DNA from: Felis catus
Taxonomy: Eukaryota
DNA length: 64,000 nt
Reading direction: 5' to 3'
NCBI RefSeq assembly: GCF_018350175.1
Contig: NC_058368.1
Coordinates: 76,572,001 to 76,636,000, forward strand
How positions within the stretch are numbered: the first letter of the stretch is position 1; each line of letters starts with the position of its first letter. A program made the translations under genes and the position numbers. Of this stretch, positions 60,430 to 64,000 are shown piece after piece. The notes under the pieces are model-generated. The model was not told the origin of the DNA and made no database searches. It worked only from the letters and a program-made list of their open reading frames with translations.

Positions 60430-62349
60430 GTGGAATCAAAACAGACTAGTAAACCCCTAAATAATGATGTCTATCATTATTACATATCACTATTAAAGGC
60501 TAAAAATGATGACATCAAAACATTATTAAGTTACCTTATAGAAGGTGGCTATGTGAATATTCCAGAAGCAAGAAACCAAGTTTTTGTATCCCCCAAGAGT
60601 GACTTCTCTGTTTTTAGCATTCTTTCTCCTGGCTGTAATTCAAAGGTCCAGATTAGTCCATTGTTTTTTTGCGAAATGATACTTTATATATTTCAAGTAT
60701 TTCAACTTTGGGAATTGAGCAGTAAAGTTTTCCAAAATCCCAAAGTAGTACTTGGGTTTTCTGATTTTATGTGAAATAAATGATCTCCCAGGTCATAAAT
60801 TCTCTGTATCATCAACTAGTTCTGCTCACGGGTGCTATGGGAGAGATTTGCGTTATTGCTGACACTAAATCTACACCAAACACCTCTCACTCTTGCTATA
60901 GAAATTACCATGAAAATGGCACAATTTAGCAGTTCCACTTCCAAGTGTTCGAAGGCAGGGCTAATGTCCAGAGAAAGAATCAGAAAGAGAGACAAAGGCA
61001 CAGTCCCATTCAATCTGCTTATGCACTGGAAATTAAGAGGCGTTCTCGTACCCACATGGCTCCTGCACAGCTCCCCTCTATGAGACCATGATCTCAAATG
61101 ACATAGAAATAGAGACCATTGAATTTTTAAACACAAACTACTCTGGAATGCAAATGGATCTCATTTCAAACTTTATGGGCGAAATTCTGACCTTACCAGC
61201 CTCTTCTTTGTCTAACTGCCCCATCTTGAGACCTGCTGGTTTGGAGTTCTGGGAGAACACGGAAGGTCAAGGAGGCATCCTAAAATTGCAAAATGGAGAG
61301 AACTAATCCAGCACATGAAAGAAAGATAGGCTGGAAGGGGCTGGAATGGACGGTCCCTCAGTGGGGACGATCAGAATCATCTCCCGGGCTCAATTTCCAT
61401 TTCCGGGGGAAGCGGAGTTGCCTACTTCCGTGTGACTCCAAGGCTTCCGAAATTATACACAAACACTACTTTAACCCCTCCCTTTCTATACTGTTGCCCA
61501 CAGTAAAAATGCTTAGCAAATCTCAAAATGCTTTGAGAACTTATTTCAAGATAGGACTTAGAACCACAACTGCAGAACTTCTCTGGACTTCAGGAAGGAT
61601 CTGAGGCAGAAGAACAGAAAGTGACAGTGAGGAGAGTGACCAAGAAACCGGTCCCTGAGAGGTGATGTTCTCACCAATAATTCATGTGTGGTCGGTACAT
61701 TAGAGTGTCCAGAGCACTTCTCCATCTGTCATTTCATTTGAGGCTCACAAAGTACAATGGACACAGCCTGGGAGGCATTTTCATGAATAAAATAACGGAG
61801 CCATCACAGGGGTCAGACAGGGGTTCTTTTGTGCGAAAGCAGGGAGGCAAAGTGCCTGGGAAGGCTTCACAGAGAAAGCACCCAGAAGCAAAGGTGTATG
61901 TTCGAGAAGCTCCAAGTGACCTCCAAGAGCGCCAGTGATAACCCAGGCTCTGCCATGAGACCCTCGCGTTGAAGCCTTGTATCAGCCTCCTATTGGCCAT
62001 GTGTCCCAGGGACTTGTCGATATGATGCCAGTCAAACCAGGACCTAATCCATAGATTTGTCACAAGAGTTAAATGAGTTCATGTGTGTAAATCTACTCTT
62101 CAGTACTCTGCTAAATGATTTTCTCTTGGCGGTATGGAAGCTCTGTCTTGCTTCTAGATCATTCACGCACCTTCCTGGAAATGTAGATCTGTGTGGGTTG
62201 CCAACTATTGACATGTAATGCTCTATGAATTCCAGCATAACTAGCAGCCCTTCACTCTCCTGACCTCTCTGAACTCCAGCTTTCACACCACCCAGTCCTA
62301 CTGACCAGGACCACTCACTCTCTCCGCTGTGGGCTGTACTCTGCCCCAG

Positions 62350-62630
62350 CTCTGGGACCTTATAAGAAGATGCCGAAATACAGAGAGGAAAACATCTGAA
62401 GACAGACGTGTAGAGAGAAGGCACCACGTGGCTCAAGAGGCAGATAGGAGGGACACAGCCACAAGAAATGCCAAAGATTGCCTGCAACACCAGAAAGTAG
62501 GAGAGGGAGCAGGGTCCACCATACCTTGATTTTGGAATTCCAGCTTCCAGAACTGTCCGGCTTAAATTTAGGTCATCTGAAGCCACCCAGTTGATGGTAC
62601 TTTGTTATGGCAGCTCTTGGAAGATAAAAC
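62350..62630 (+). mobile_element. MLT1 (ERVL-MaLR) LTR fragment
   Basis: gccaaagattgcctgcaacaccagaa; ccttgattttggaattccagcttccagaactgt; ggtactttgttatggcagc. Confidence 0.85.
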
Positions 62631-63479
62631 GGTGGCATGAGTTTAATTTGTTGTTTCTAGCCACTCACAGGAATTCGATTCCTGCTCTGCACCAGAAACC
62701 CAGAGGGACTCTCCAGGCACTGACCGTCCAGCTTCTTGCCTGATGGTGGCACGCACCTTGCCCATGGCTATGTCCGGAACCCCCACTCTGCCACTCTCCA
62801 GGGTCCTTCCTGGATCCAACATCTGTCATGACTACTACCTCTGCCTTTCATGTACTGTATGAAGAGTGTGCTCAGCCTGCCTGACTAGACTTCCTTTTAT
62901 TCCCTGCAGCTGGCAAAGCCCTAGAATTAGCCCATCCCCTTGAACACGTCCCTCAGTCAGGGGCCCTCCCAACCAGGCCTTTCCAAACACCCATGTTGCT
63001 CTGAGCTCCCAACCTGCCACTTCTTCCTAACATCAGACAGTGTCCTCTGATTTATTTAACATCCCATTTAAGACTCCCGGTTGCAAATAAATTCAGAGCC
63101 GCAGGCTGGGCATAGAGAACCCGCCCCCTCCTTCACTCTGGAGAACCGGAACCCCCGTGAGGCCTCATGTGCAGCATTTTTATGAGTGACTGAACGAGAT
63201 TCACATGTCTCTTAACCTGGGAGAAGACTTAATTGGTTGGTTTAAAAATTATTTATGCCCTTCATGCATGCATTTTGAGCAGATTAGAAAACACCAGTAC
63301 ATATCAAATTATTTTTTTTCAAAAGAAGTCATTAAACACTAGGAGGAAATATATGCAGGGCAGGAGAAATGTTAATGTATGAGGGTAATTGCTCACCGCT
63401 TCCCTTCCCAATTGCCCTGTAATAGCTTCTTATATTTGCTTTATTTGTATCAATAGAGATGGCTGGGAAAATTTTCGCC

Positions 63480-63880
63480 ACATCACCCATTTACCAAATG
63501 TTTCCAGGTATTCTCTAAAAATAGCCCAATTTAATTTCCAAGAGTAGGATTGTTGAGTCATATGGTTTGTGCACGTTTAATTTTGTTACATACTGACAAA
63601 TGCTTTCTTAAAAATGTAAGAGAATTCACAATCCCACCGCCGGATAGCATGAACATACACAGCCTTTGCCGATACGATGTTGTAGGGGGGTTTTTGTTTT
63701 CATATTTGTTTTTATGCGTTTTGTTTGTATATTTCATTGCATTTCCCTGACTACTAATGATGTGGACGTCTCCATACATGTATTAGTCATTGGCCTTTCT
63801 TCTGCTGTAACAAGTCCTATTTTGCCTTCTTCCTATATATATGTTAATCATTTGTCTCTTTCTTATTTATTTGCTTATTT
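63480..63880 (-). mobile_element. Ancient L1M 3' fragment
   Basis: gagtaggattgttgagtcatatgg; ttgcatttccctgactactaatgatgtgga...tattagtcatt. Confidence 0.8.
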
Positions 63881-64000
63881 TACCCTACAAAAGCAAAAGA
63901 ACTTTGTCATCATTTTATACGAATCAGTTGGCTCATTCCAGCGTTGTTGCTAACAGTTGCAAACTGAAAACAACCCAAGAACCATCACTAGAATTTTATT

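Noticed and set aside
62044..62586. 180-aa minus-strand ORF
   Set aside because: About half is antisense MLT1 LTR; no recognisable motif or splice context.
1..64000. tRNA genes, CRISPR arrays or prokaryotic systems
   Set aside because: tRNA-like A/B boxes all belong to SINE heads; no repeat-spacer arrays or operon-like ORFs; the DNA is mammalian.

Overview
Mammalian genomic DNA, almost certainly from a cat (Felidae). It carries about 50 tRNA-derived Can-SINEs, many of the young CpG-rich SINEC_Fc type with intact target-site duplications (TSDs), plus fossil L1/HAL1, L2, MIR, MLT1, Tigger4 and Charlie elements and several microsatellites. I find no intact protein-coding gene; most listed ORFs come from SINEs or microsatellites. 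The main hidden structure is a chain of about 25-30 minus-strand exon remnants from about 53.8 kb to 4.9 kb. They have AG/GT splice signals and mostly compatible phases. Spliced by hand they give a protein-like reading of well over 1000 codons with many stops, a few frameshifts and a SINE inside one exon, which fits an intron-containing (unitary or duplicated) pseudogene that I cannot name. By eye only, the reading suggests Death-domain-like, F-box-like, WD40/beta-propeller-like and PH-like segments in that order. A central seven-exon block is stop-free for 174 codons. All exon, domain and repeat-family calls are manual and need database confirmation.
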